Shown: positions 21,818 through 34,725, counted from the first letter of the whole stretch. The stretch is DNA of 63,322 nucleotides, filler included, from Rhabdomonas costata (GCA_019059605.1; 53 parts of 53 records of this genome joined end to end with filler, not necessarily neighbours in it), one strand, 5' to 3'. The notes: generated from the letters alone by a model not told the origin. Program-made: numbers and translations.

Positions 21818-22304
21818 CTTGTCGAAGGCTCGGAAGGACTCCCGGAGCTGCTCTGGGCTGACCTTGGGCCGGACCCACCGTGCGAAGACCTGAGTGCGGT
21901 CATACTCTGGCAGTCCCTGCGGAGGGGCCTCGCAGCACCGCACGCACGAGCCGCGGCTGCGCCGCGATGTGTTCACGGTGGAGCACCGCGGGCATTTCCA
22001 CTGGTAGCACTGGGTCACGCTGTTCCCAACGGAAACAGGGAATTCAGCCAAACCATGCGCCGCACGCAAAAATGGAAAATTCGCACAATTCGCACATTAA
22101 TGGAGGGGAAAGCGCTTCTGGATATTGTTTGCACATGCTATCCTTGGGAAACACAGCGATACACAGGGGTGGAGGGGGGGGGTCTCCGCACTTCGTCACG
22201 GAGCACCGCGAGCGGGCTCCTGCCAGGCACTGGAACTTTCCTGGAGAGACCTCCTCCAGGAACTTCCTCAGCCGCCACAGATGATGCACGCTGCAGAACT
22301 CCAT
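21818..22304 (-). CDS. RNA-binding-like protein 5' part: CxxH...C motif, RanBP2-type zinc finger, start of RRM (exons 22304-~22207, 22019-21818)
   Basis: MEFCSVHHLWRLRKFLEEVSPGKFQC; WKCPRCSTVNTSRRSRGSCVRC; QVFARWVRPKVSPEQLRESFRAF (RNP2 + helix-like). Confidence 0.65.
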
Positions 22305-23951
22305 CACCGAACCCTTGCCGTTCCAGCTCTCCTCAAGTCCTCTTCTTTCACCCGCCACACACCCCTTGGCTGCTACCCTTTCACCACAGGCTTGCTGCCA
22401 CGGGTGCAGGACAAAGAGGGGCAGAAGAAAGGAGAGAAAGCTCCTGCAGATGTGGGCACAGGGGGCGAACCCACACCACAGCAAACAAGGAGTGCAACAC
22501 CACACTGCACCAAACCGAGGGAACTCATTGTCGAGAGCCGCACTTCCCCGCATGGAAAGCCTTAACCCGTCCGAAAGATCATTGGGATGCCAAGAAACGT
22601 CCAGAGACGATGCAGGGTCGCAGAAATTTTAAGTAATCTTGTTACCCTCCTGCTTNNNNNNNNNNNNNNNNNNNNNNNNNNNNNNNNNNNNNNNNNNNNT
22701 TAATTAATTAANNNNNNNNNNNNNNNNNNNNNNNNNNNNNNNNNNNNNNNNNNNNGGGGTTGGGGGTGGATGCAGTGTGCGGTTTCTGTGTTTCCCCCAA
22801 ATTCCTTCAGTGTCACCTTTTAGATTAGGTGATGGTCACTAAAACAAAGCAGGTCACACTTTGTAGGGTGACAACATGTCATTCATCAATTCAGGAGCAC
22901 ACCTAGGCACACACACTGGCGTCATTGCCCATTCGTTTGAGATGTTGCCTCCTTCCCTTCCGTTTCCCTCAGGGATCCTGCTGGAAGTGGAAGCAAGGGA
23001 GGAAGCATGCGGAACGCCACACGGCAGTTTTGGACCGATGTTCTCGATCTCATCCATGCCAAGGTCTGATCTTGCGTGTCTCCCTCGAGTGTGGCTCGTT
23101 ATTCTTCTGCTGCAGTTGTCAACCGGTTTTTCTTGCGCTCCTCCTAGATCCTTGACGCGAAGAGCACCGACTCCATGGATGGCTACATTCTAAGTGAGTC
23201 CAGCCTGTTTGTCAGTGCTCTGAGTATCACCCTCATTACCTGTGGCACGACAAAGCTTCTGAACTGCTTGGGGCTTCTCTTGGATGGAATTAAAGACCAG
23301 GTGCGTTTCTTTACAGGACAGTGTGCTCGCCTCCCGCTTTTTCGTTCGCCCGTGCACGCTGACACCTGTCCAACTCTCCTGCTCATAGATGACCGCGTGA
23401 GAGTCGGAGATTTTGACTGTCATTCCTGCCGATCGTGCAAAACATCACTGTTTGTTGTGTAAAGGGAGGCGTGTTTGCAGGACCAGCATAGCGTGAGGAA
23501 TGAAGGGCACACGAGTCGCTGGCAGACGGCAAGGAGGACGTGTCGTCAACTTTTTGCCCACGTCCCCTTTCCGGAACGGCGACATAGAGTCGGCGGGGGG
23601 AGGGGCCCCGGCTGACAACAAAAAGCTCCGGTTAAAATCAAAACGGCCCAAAATCCAATAAAAGACAAAATTCAATAAAGGACATACTTCAGGGACTTTT
23701 CAAAATCATACCCTCAGTTGAGACCTTCTCCGGGGGAACCCTGCTTCCCAAATCGCCCCGTTTTTTCTCCCAAACGATGGCAAATATGCCTGAGAATCAA
23801 TGTGAAATGCAAAAGTTTTAAAAAATTATGCTTTGAAAAATAAAACACAAANNNNNNNNNNNNNNNNNNNNNNNNNNNNNNNNNNNNNNNNNNNNTTAAT
23901 TAATTAANNNNNNNNNNNNNNNNNNNNNNNNNNNNNNNNNNNNNNNNNNNN

Positions 23952-24617
23952 TGTGTTGGGGTTATTTCGCCAAAGAACATTTTGATTTCCAGCCAATGGC
24001 AAGTGAAACTTGGCGGTTTCCATACTGCAGTTCGCGGTAACGATGCTGATTTGGACGAAGAAGTACTTGATCATCGGTACCGTGCAGTTGAACAAAACTT
24101 CGACAGTGAGTTCAGCTCAGCTGCTGATGTATGGGCTTGCGGATGCCTTGTGGCCCAATTTTTCAACAAATCCAGAAATGGAAATTACGTTCCACTGTTC
24201 GCCGGCAGTTCCTGTTTTGCCCATTGTCGTTCTGTTATAACGTTCACAGGATTTCCCGAGGATTTCCGTTGGTCGACCAACGATGAAGTTGTTGAATCTT
24301 TTTTGGAGGAATTTAGGGGAACTGTCGCACAAGGTTTCGATCAGTTCCATTTGCCGAACGAAATGCCATTGTCGTCTCAGGCTGTCGACATATTGAATGG
24401 TATGTTGCAACTAAATCCGGAACGACGTCAAACTGTTGAACAGTTGATGGGCCTTCCTTACTTTGCAATTTACCATGATGATCAAAACGTTGCAGATGAC
24501 ATTACACCGGGACAGTTTGAAGAAAATTCGATTCCAAACTGTGATGAAGATCTTCAAGATCGGATTCAATCACTGCGACAGCGAATTCCCAACGGCGTCG
24601 TTGTTCACGACGATTAG
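23952..24617 (+). CDS. MAPK/CMGC-like kinase C-lobe, catalytically degenerate, intronless
   Basis: ISPKNILI, VKLGGFH (for DFG), RYRAVE (for YRAPE), DVWACGC, PLFAG, MLQLNPERRQTVEQLMGLPYFAIYHD; stop at 24617. Confidence 0.85.
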   Translation, partial: CVGVISPKNILISSQWQVKLGGFHTAVRGNDADLDEEVLDHRYRAVEQNFDSEFSSAADVWACGCLVAQFFNKSRNGNYVPLFAGSSCFAHCRSVITFTGFPEDFRWSTNDEVVESFLEEFRGTVAQGFDQFHLPNEMPLSSQAVDILNGMLQLNPERRQTVEQLMGLPYFAIYHDDQNVADDITPGQFEENSIPNCDEDLQDRIQSLRQRIPNGVVVHDD

Positions 24618-26102
24618 GTCTCTCAACAATAATTTTCAATGGCGATGACCGGACGGAAAGGAGGTGAAGTTCTTCTTTTTTCATTTCTTTCATGTGTCAG
24701 TATGCTGTAATACTTTTGTACTGACGGACGCCCAAGAGGCGAAGTTCTTCTTTTTACTTTTTTTTAGAGTTGGTCGGGTGTACATCTGTAGTGCCTTCGG
24801 CATGTATTCTTACTCTCTTGCATCTTTATAAGAAAATAAAAATACATGATTAGAAGATGAATAATTATAATTTATTGATTATAAGTACATGTCATAGATC
24901 TTAAAACATATATTTCTTTAAGCAGTATTGAATATAATAATCTATACATTCTAGAATTAAAATATGATGCATATTTTAGTTCTAAAACTTAACTATTTAA
25001 TGTATATACATTAAATAGTAATATTTAAATGTTCAAAAAACACAACANNNNNNNNNNNNNNNNNNNNNNNNNNNNNNNNNNNNNNNNNNNNTTAATTAAT
25101 TAANNNNNNNNNNNNNNNNNNNNNNNNNNNNNNNNNNNNNNNNNNNNCAAATTCCAAATTCCAGTTTGCTGCAACGCCTCAATGCATTCTCTGAAAATGT
25201 TACTTGATAAAGCAGCGACAATGGATCGTTCTTGGTGGGGGACAGATTGTGTACGACATCAGAACTGGAGTATGATCGCGGTGGAGGAGGGGGGTGAGTT
25301 GAGATCGGCCAAGCGGCAGAGGGCGTGTAATTGATATTTGAAGATTCGTGCCACAAAATGCCACAGATTCTGGGAATAATGGAGGGGCCTCATTTTTCTG
25401 CTCAAAAAAAATTAGCTAGCAGTCGCTCGGTTGTGGTGGCAGTCATTCGCTATTGAAATCGAAGCCATTATGACCACTTCGGCCAGTCTTATGGAAGCAG
25501 TCCCGTGATACCGTCCACGCCCCCTTCGTTTACCGGGCCATTCCCCTAGGCACATTCTGTTTAGTGCCGTGCCTTGCGTATGGTGCCATTTTGTGCCTTC
25601 CGGCAGTATTGCTCAATTAATTGCGATTTTTGGTGGGGTACTCCTGCGCTTTTGTCGGGGCGAACCGATCCACAAGCCGATTTGTCCGCCGATTATGTAA
25701 CTGGGCGGGTCGTAAGCGAACTTGCGCTTGCGGGGCGGCAGGTTGCGCAAAACCCAGCGCCAGATATGGTGGAGCATGCTGTTTTTTTTATTTGGCGTAG
25801 CTTTCCAGGAAGTCAATTTTGGGAGATGGAAAAAAACGCTTACCATAAAATTATTTTACCCCAAAAAAGGGAAAAAAGGAATCCAACCTACTGTTTTCTT
25901 GTGTGTTCTCGGTTTCGCAAAGTTTGTCCCACCTGAACCCGACGGGCAAATTAATTCAATACCCGGATCAAAGCAGAAGAATGAGAAGAATGTCTTGGCT
26001 TTGGGTGTGTCGTTTTGTTTCTTCGGCCGCGGCCACTGCCAAAGGAACAACGACGTACACTAATAACCCCCTGAGCTCAAAGCAGTGCACCAAAACTGTA
26101 TG

Positions 26103-26127
26103 TATATATATATATATATATATATAT
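26103..26127. repeat. (TA)n microsatellite
   Basis: Directly visible. Confidence 0.95.
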
Positions 26128-26457
26128 GGCAGCCCTTCGGAATCCCGGCCCAAAGGATAGAGGTAGATTTCTCGCAGGGGTTTAGGGCGCCATGCACGTG
26201 CGGGGGTGGGGCAGCAACTTTCTTAGGGTAGGCGCTGCCTGCCNNNNNNNNNNNNNNNNNNNNNNNNNNNNNNNNNNNNNNNNNNNNTTAATTAATTAAN
26301 NNNNNNNNNNNNNNNNNNNNNNNNNNNNNNNNNNNNNNNNNNNGTTTTTTGGTTGGACATTCGGTATATTATGTGTTGATATTATCCGGGTCCTTGATTA
26401 GGTTTTTGGCACTTATGATTTTGTGTTGACTTCCAGGAGGCTTTTTTCGGCAGCCTC

Positions 26458-27382
26458 ATGATGAGCCTGCGAATCGCGATGTTGGCCACAGCGGCTGTGA
26501 TGGCTGCGGTGCACGTCCTTCATCCTCCACGTGCCAGCCTTCATCCCGGATCGTTTCTGGAAAACGACGAATGCCTCAGAGCGATCTCCGCCGTGGCTGT
26601 GTACGAAAACCGGTTTGAAGACCGGCTGGCCCACAAGGCGTTCAATGCCGCCTTGGCCCGCACGGAGGAAGAGTTCGAGGAGCTCATGGCGCAGCAACGC
26701 GAGAATGGCACCAAGTTCGGCTGCATCTACGCCATGGGCTGGGTCTCTGAGGTGTTCGCGGGGCTGCGCCGACAGTGGCATGTATGGCCTTGTGTTTTCT
26801 GAAGCTAGCTCTTTTGGGAGATGGAGGTGGGCCGAAGAGGATTAGGCTCCCGCTGATTCTGTGTGTCCCCGAAGTTCTTTCGGGAGATGGTGGGCGGCCG
26901 AAATGAGCGATTAACATTCTTTGAGTACGAATTTGCAAACAGGGTGAAGGTATTCTCTGCACCTAATTTGGCTAATTTTCCCCTTGGTTTCGCTCAGTCG
27001 CCATCACGCCTTTTCCCATCAGCGGTGCCACTTATGCGTTTTCGAAAGCGCCCTTTTCCGTGTTTGCGCGAATCGCCTTACTTATGTACTCTGACCGCGG
27101 GAATTTCACCAGCAGCAGCGCAAAAGCGAGAGGGGTTTATTGCGAAATTGCGTATCGTCGTACCTTCGTGTAAAGAGTCGGGGCAGTGTCCACTCCCCTG
27201 AGGGAGACCTGCGTGACTGCTGAGTTGACTTTGAACTACCGCAGGAGTACCGCCGCCTACCCTATGACCTCAATGCGGGGTACGTGGCGGTATTCGACCA
27301 CGACGTGATTGATGCCTTTGCCGCACGCCGGGGCATCACCATGGCCCGAGTGCTATATCAATTCATTCTTATGGGGAGTCAC
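26458..27382 (+). CDS. Hypothetical signal/anchor-bearing protein, two exons (26458-26781, 27245-~27382)
   Basis: GC3-rich ORF with hydrophobic N-terminus. GT-AG intron joins GLRRQWH|EYRRLPYDLNAGYV in frame. Confidence 0.6.
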
Positions 27383-29388
27383 GTGCATGGTATCAGGCGT
27401 AGTTGTGACCCCCCCTCACCCCTCATGACACACCAAAAANNNNNNNNNNNNNNNNNNNNNNNNNNNNNNNNNNNNNNNNNNNNTTAATTAATTAANNNNN
27501 NNNNNNNNNNNNNNNNNNNNNNNNNNNNNNNNNNNNNNNACAAAACCGCACTGGCCCCTGGGCCTACAGCGGAAAACCTGGTCTGATGCAAATGACTGTT
27601 GCGAAGCAATGCAGCCACGTCGACCACAAACGTAGCAAGAAACGAGAGTTGCATAATGCACATTGCAGGCGCGCATACGCAACAAAAAAATATGTACACA
27701 TAGCAAACAGTACACCAAGCACATCATTCAACATGATTGAAAGCTTTCCCCACGCAGTGCATACTTCCTTTTGACAGAGCCCGATTACTCCGTACTGGCC
27801 CCACACGATAAACACGATAATGATTATAATCATGGTGGTGAAAAAGGATCCTCTTTACCGCTCTCCATGGTGAAGAGCGGTAAATAATTCCGAAACTCCT
27901 TGTACCAGGACCCGTAGTCCTCCCCCTGAAATTCCTTCCTGTCTGTGAAGTCTCCAGGAGGCCCCCAAAAATAGCTCACAAAAGGCAAAAGTAGCCCAAC
28001 ATATGCATGGGGGAGGGGAGCAAATAGGAATTAGCTAAAAAAAAAGCAGCTGTGTTGCCAATTTTGTCCCCTTATTCGACCGAAAAGTTCATGTTGAGAT
28101 AGGTCTACGGTATGTGCGCAGTGTTTGTATCAATATTGACCCAGGAGGGGAACAGGGGACAAACATGCAGAATTATCTGCCTTTTTTGGGATCCTTTTAT
28201 TTTGAGCTTTGTAAACTATCTTTTTCCGCATTTGGGAGCAATATAGTTGTGGGATCTCTTTGACTACATCGTGCATTTAATTATGCGTTAAAATCCACCA
28301 AAACCCCCGTAAGTTGATTCTAAATTAGTCCCATGCCGAATATCTCTCTGGTATATGAGCAGTGGAGCATCTTCACACTGGAATAGTATTCATGGGAGCA
28401 CCCTGACAGGGCCCGTTGTAGGACAGCGACAATCTTTTTCATCCATAAATTGGTCCTTGCTTTCTGCCTTTCTTTCAGCCCTCTTACCCCTAAATCCAAG
28501 TCAGCAACCTTACTCCGCAATTGCCGCGGGTAATTGCGATTTTTACCACATCACCCTTTCTCCCATCACCCTTGTGGTGGAACGGAACGGGCACCGGAAG
28601 AGGGCCGCGGTGGGGCGAGGAAGGACGCACTAGGTNNNNNNNNNNNNNNNNNNNNNNNNNNNNNNNNNNNNNNNNNNNNTTAATTAATTAANNNNNNNNN
28701 NNNNNNNNNNNNNNNNNNNNNNNNNNNNNNNNNNNGTTGTTTGTGTGATAATTAGGTCCAGGAGCTTTTCGGTATCCGAAAACATCTAACGGCATCCATG
28801 CTCGTGGCCCTTAGTGGTGTGCGTTTCTGCATTGACGTGCGTTGGCCCGCGTTGAAAGTTGAAATGAAGCAAAATTTGTGCACACGCTCTCAATTTTTCA
28901 TTCATCCTTTTTGCGTTTGCTGTATCGTCGATTCTAATGGCATCTGCCGAAACGTCAAGCGCCTTCCGTCTTCCCCCCCCCTCCGGTGATATTGATCATC
29001 TTCCTTCAAAACACGGCAACAAAAAAACAGCAAACAGCAGGATGCTCGCTCTCGGCAGCTTGCCTTCGTACCTAAAATGATTCAATCCCTTTTCCTTTTT
29101 TGTAATTGGGAACCCTTCATCGCCCTTCTGGGTAAAAGACTCCCTTTGGGTGATGTGGTGGTGGGGATCACCAAACAGTCCGAAACCAATTGTTTGCTAA
29201 ATCCCACCAAGGGGCAGGTTTTTTTTGTGCCATTCGGTACGCCTGCCTTGATATTCAGATAAATTCTGGGCAAAAATTTGACGCCTAACTGTAACTATTG
29301 AGAATCAAAAGTTGCTGGGTTGAAAAAGCCGTTTGGGACGGAAAAGGGTAGATATGTGTTTGCGTTCCCTTTTCCCATTGCGTTCCAG

Positions 29389-29831
29389 GCGGGGAGCCGG
29401 GGCCCATTCCTGAAACCCCGTATGACACACTCCACCAGAACCCCCGGACCATCTCCATTGCCTTCACCCCCCAACGGCACGTGCTGGGCTTAGTTAGCGC
29501 AAATTTGACCCCCAAAACCGACGCACCCACCAATGAGCTGGTCGCCGGGAGCTATTACCTCCCTCTGTACGGAACGTCGGCGGATTACTACCTGCTTGCC
29601 ACTCCGCCGGCGGTGTACTTTGGCAACAAGCGGGCAGGCTCTGGGGTGACCGACCCCGTGCCCATTATGATCTCCAACGACGGGGAGGTGGGGGACCTGC
29701 ACATCTACTCCTTCGAGCTGTGCCCCAACGTGGGCTGCCCTGACTTCGTCATGGACCCTCCGGCTTACTCCATTCCGGCAATGACCCTGACTCCAGGGAA
29801 GAACTTCACGTTTACCATTTCCCACACACCC
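29389..29831 (+). CDS. Exon of a protein with tandem Ig-like (ASH/choice-of-anchor D-like) beta-sandwich repeats
   Basis: TTCCAG| acceptor; TISIAFTP...LPLYGT...PPAVYFG...IMISNDGEVGDLHI...TLTPGKNFTFTISHTP. Confidence 0.6.
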
Positions 29832-31302
29832 NNNNNNNNNNNNNNNNNNNNNNNNNNNNNNNNNNNNNNNNNNNNTTAATTAATTAANNNNNNNNNNNNN
29901 NNNNNNNNNNNNNNNNNNNNNNNNNNNNNNNGTGGGGGTGGGGGGAGGGGGCGGTGGAGCGGAGAACCTGCCCTTGGGTTGCGGAAGCCCCTGCCGACCC
30001 CAGCTTGGGTCCTGCAGCCGAGGCGGATGAGATTCAGGTTCTGGGGGCACCGTTGGGGGTGCCTCCGGAAGACGCGACCACCCATCCCGTGGAGTGACGA
30101 CCTCCCTAACGCACACACACCCAGCGTGCACATTCACATACAACGGCCGCTCAGCTGCACAACACACGCAGACATAGAAAGGCACTCACACAGAAAGAGT
30201 GCGTAATTCACGTCCGCATTCGCATTGGTGTGGTTCAGCATTCCATCCCGAAAAGTCACCAACTGGAACCGCACGAAAATCGTTAGCAGGGCAGACTGAG
30301 CAAACTTGGAACAACAACGAATTCACTACATGAAAAAACGACAAGAAAAGGGAGAGGTCAGATAACATCCACAGAGAAAGTGGATCCGAAGCGTTGTGGG
30401 GGGAAAGAGGAGCGTCTGAAGAGCACCTTGACTTCTCCATTGCGGGCCACCGAGTTCCTCTATAAGCAACTGCGCTCAGCACGCAGGGGATGCTGACCCA
30501 TCGACGGCAGAGCAATATCGAGAGAAAAAGCTTGAACACGAACCGAAACACAGAGGGGGGGAAAGGCTGAGTCAGAAAGCCTCTGAAGTGCAGAGCTGCC
30601 CAAAAAAAAAGGGACGAAAGAACCACTGGCTGTCAAACATGCTCTCAGTTGCAGATCAGACACGCTTCCTTGAAAGATTCAACGATAAGAAAAAGTTAAC
30701 ACGCTTATCTTTCGCTTCAAGGCACTCCTCCTCCTTCGCGTTCCCCTTGCACCGTGAAAAACGAGGCCAACAGCAAAACGGGGATTCTACTGCACGCCAC
30801 TTTCTCTCATTGTGGTAGCTATCCAACCTTGGAACCTTGTAACACCCTAAGTAGCACAGCACGTTCATGTGCATTATCGCATGTGCGGCCACAGGTGTGT
30901 ACGACTGAAAGAGGACGCGGTAAACTCAAACGGAGCAGGACGAAGCACTGCTGTAAAATCTCAAATGCGCACCGTGGCAGTGCCCGCAACAAAAAGTCAA
31001 GCGGGGGCACACACACACCCCCCCCACNNNNNNNNNNNNNNNNNNNNNNNNNNNNNNNNNNNNNNNNNNNNTTAATTAATTAANNNNNNNNNNNNNNNNN
31101 NNNNNNNNNNNNNNNNNNNNNNNNNNNGGGTGTTGTTGAATTGTTCGAGACAGCACACTTCGTGTCCTCCCCTATTTCCAAACATGGGTGGAAAGTCCCA
31201 AGTATTTCTGGATTCCCCCACTTCCCATCGCTCAAGGTTGATTTCATTTTTGCAGATGAAAGAATTTGTTTCACCTTTTGTTCGCCATTGCGGCTAGTTT
31301 AA

Positions 31303-31863
31303 ATGAGCAAGGTGACCCTGTTATGTTTCGCGTGGACCTTTTCGGTGATGCTGTTCTGTGGCGAAGCCCTGACCGTTCTGTCTGGGCTATTTTTCTACCA
31401 CGACCTTGGCCTCACCCTTTGCACCTCGGGGTTCTGCACCGCCATGGAGCTGCGGTACTATCACCCTTTCTGCACCAGTCTTAACTGCACGGTTGGTCTT
31501 CGGACTGACCAGAAAATGTTTGAAAAAGTGTACCAAGTTGCCCTGTCGCAGATCTGCACCGCCCATGCTGATGCCGTGGGCCGCCCAGTGCCGTGCGACC
31601 ACTTTGATGTGGTGGCCTCTGACGGGCCGGGGGAGGACTCTTTGCTGTGGATGAAGCCCACGTTTCAGAAGCTGGCGCCCTCCCCGCGGTGGGTGTACCA
31701 AGGCCACCACCGGAGCCACGCCGCGGCGGCGCTGTACAGCTCCCCGTTCGAGAGCGCGCTTGCGCTGGCGGTAGATGGGGTGACCCTGGTGGCGTACCAT
31801 GCGAGTCGCAGCCAGGGGCTGCGGATGCTTGTGGAGGGGCCGGTGGGGCACAACCCCGTCGAG
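31303..31863 (+). CDS. NodU/CmcH-like carbamoyltransferase N-terminal (Kae1-like) domain with predicted signal peptide, first exon
   Basis: FYHD, GHHRSHAAAALYSSPFESALALAVDG; hydrophobic N-terminus MSKVTLLCFAWTFSVMLFCGEA. 3' exon boundary uncertain. Confidence 0.75.
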
Positions 31864-32543
31864 GCCTGGTCGTTCTGCTCGCTAGGTCTTGCAGCTCGCT
31901 TACCCTGCCTCACATTCGTTTGGCTTTCAGTACTCTGCCGCAATCTTGGCAGAGTCGGGGTATTTTCTGTCGTTTACTTTTTTCTGTGGTGGATTCAGAA
32001 AACGTGCCCCCCACCCAAACACACACGTGGACCCTTAGCGACCAAGTCATAGCTAAATTGCTGCTTATTCCCGAATTTCAGATATTGTAGTCTTGAGCAC
32101 AATACTCTTTGATCAACTTCTGTACTTGTTTGTTCCCGGCAAGATTCAAAATGACCGATGTCAAAGGAACGCGGTGAAGCGCTGCTGTCGTGAGAGTCCA
32201 TCGGTCTGGGACTTTGAGGACAGNNNNNNNNNNNNNNNNNNNNNNNNNNNNNNNNNNNNNNNNNNNNTTAATTAATTAANNNNNNNNNNNNNNNNNNNNN
32301 NNNNNNNNNNNNNNNNNNNNNNNATGCAAGATGCACAGCGAAGGGGCCGGACCTTGTCCCAGGAGAAAACGGTGAAACCCTAAGAAGAGACAAAAGAAGT
32401 GTGCCTGTGTGCCGGAGAGAGTGAACACGTCTGCCATATAAGGTTTAGAGTTAGGGTTTGAGTCAGATTTGTTCCACCAGAAACCTCACACCGCACGTCA
32501 TCGCCGTCCAGGTCCCCAATCCCTCACACCTGACCTGACGTCA

Positions 32544-32600
32544 GGATGGGATGGGATGGGATAGGATGGGATGGGATGGAATGAGAACATGAGATGGGAT
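32544..32600. repeat. Degenerate (GGGAT)n tract
   Basis: Directly visible. Confidence 0.85.
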
Positions 32601-32840
32601 GAAAACATAAAAAAGGAAACCTTCAGTCTCATCAATGGCCTCCCATGGAATCTGCAGCGGTGTGAAGACTCCGTTGAACTGGCCAGTCGGATCATACACC
32701 TGAAAGCATAAGCGACTGTGGTGGTGTGCCAGCTCCTCGAAAACTTGAGTCCAAGTTGAGCATCGAGCATGTTGAGCGGCAACAAAAGATGGCTTGCACC
32801 TTTGCGAAATATAAACACACCACACCGACGTCTACCGTAG

Positions 32841-33066
32841 AAACGCAGAATGGTCGAGTACACCCCCAATGAGGACATGAGCACCCCCCCCTGGTCCCGG
32901 TGGTTTGAGGTGATGCTCACATCGGTGGTGTGGGGAGATTCTTCTGATTTCCCACTCACTTTCGCTGTCTGTTCCTCAGCGGATGTCATTCACAACGGAG
33001 GACTGCACGGAGCCCCGTGCTGTGTGCCTGGCCGCTCGGCATTGCACGGTTGCCTGCTTTGACATG
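32841..33066 (+). CDS. Two small exons (32841-32909, 32980-33066) of a hypothetical protein
   Basis: 70-bp GT-AG intron joins KRRMVEYTPNEDMSTPPWSRWFE|RMSFTTEDCTEPRAVCLAARHCTVACFDM in frame. Confidence 0.55.
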
Positions 33067-33346
33067 GTGGGGTTCCATGCCCGCGCTCGATCGCTGACGT
33101 TTGATGAAGTATATCATTGTCCCCCCCGTTTCGCCTTCACTCTTCCTTCCTTAATCTCAGTTTGCAGTAAGCTGTGTTTTCAAGAAGCCCCTCCCATCGT
33201 TGCGTTGCACATGAAGGGCAGATTCCAATTACTCTTGTGGTATAGATATTTTTAACCTTTCTAGTGGGCAGGACTCTAGTGTCCCAAGGACCAAGTGCGG
33301 ACTTCCATTGGTGAGCACGGCTCTAAATGGATGTGCAAGCGAGGAA

Positions 33347-33414
33347 TGGTTTATGACTAAGTTGCCCATTCCGGGCCGGGAACGTGTCGGAATGGGCAAC
33401 TTAGTCATAAACCA
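33347..33414. repeat. Inverted repeat at contig end (27-bp arms 33347-33373 / 33388-33414)
   Basis: TGGTTTATGACTAAGTTGCCCATTCCG and reverse complement. Confidence 0.97.
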
Positions 33415-33519
33415 AACCCNNNNNNNNNNNNNNNNNNNNNNNNNNNNNNNNNNNNNNNNNNNNTTAATTAATTAANNNNNNNNNNNNNNNNNNNNNNNNN
33501 NNNNNNNNNNNNNNNNNNN

Positions 33520-33574
33520 TGAGTGAGTGAGTGAGTGAGTGAGTGAGTGAGTGAGTGAGTGAGTGAGTGAGTGA
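33520..33574. repeat. (GAGT)n microsatellite
   Basis: Directly visible at contig start. Confidence 0.97.
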
Positions 33575-34725
33575 AGGCGAACATGGAGTGCTCCTTTGGA
33601 AAATTTTGAGCTCTGGATGGGTAGGTTTAAGCCAGCCAATGCTCAGTTTACGGAGTGACAAACTTTTTCGTTCGCCTCAACCCGAAAAACGGAAATGAGG
33701 GGATGAGAGGGCATACCAAGGGCTCCTTCGTACAAGGCGCTGATGCTGACCTTGCCGTCGTAAAGCTTGGCCATTCTGCCCAGCCGCTCCTTCTCCATCC
33801 TCATCCGCTCCATAGAAGACAGGGAACGCCCATCCTTTGTTTGTGTGAGTGTGGATGGACACGGCGCACCCTCACCCGCATGCCCGTCGTGTCGTTCACC
33901 ACTAACAGCAGCTCTGTGAATATGAGGGGATTGATTGCGCATCACGCGCTGGTGGTGAAGCTGATATCTCGCATTTCTGGTGAACTTCAACTTCTGTGCT
34001 CGACGGGTGCATATTTGCAGGGAATCCCCGTGATTTTTGCCCTTGATTCCAAAGCTTTCCTATAAACAATACACTTTACGAGTCCGTGGGGATCCCAGAT
34101 GTTGTCTGGCTGGTGTGACCCGTTGACTGCCAGGGTGCTCGCCTCCGCCTCCGCCTGCTCAGTCAGTGGTGCCACGGGGCGTGTGCGATTTCGTGTATGC
34201 GCGCGTGCAATGCCCTATCCTGTTTTTTAACCCCCCTTCTCCTTGGACACGGCAACTCGACCTTTCTTTGACTCTGGGGAAGAGGGGTCTGAGACTTTGG
34301 ATTCTGAGAAGACAATCTGTAGCATTGGGACCGTATTCAGGCCAAATTGTGACCTGCTGCTGCCTGATCGGCGGCACCGTCACAAGGCACACAAACGTGG
34401 GCTCTATCCCTTTCACGAAGTGCCGACCTCGGGAAGCTCCGAGGCCTGCTCATCGACACTCTTGGCAGGAACGCTCCGCATCAGTCGCCGCTGCTGCTGC
34501 TCGTACAGCTTTTGCTCGGCCTTCAGCCGGGCTGAAAAAGAGTGTGAAAGAGGTGTTACGCTTTTGGAGAAAATCGGCTGAGGTGTCCCAGCGTCCCACC
34601 CCCCCCAAACACACCAANNNNNNNNNNNNNNNNNNNNNNNNNNNNNNNNNNNNNNNNNNNNTTAATTAATTAANNNNNNNNNNNNNNNNNNNNNNNNNNN
34701 NNNNNNNNNNNNNNNNNTTTGTGTG

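Noticed and set aside
21788-22636. 282-aa plus-strand ORF
   Set aside because: Antisense shadow of the zinc-finger/RRM exons; low-information sequence.
27854-27884. 11-bp hairpin TTTACCGCTCT/AGAGCGGTAAA as a terminator
   Set aside because: Eukaryotic context, no upstream gene and no U-tract.
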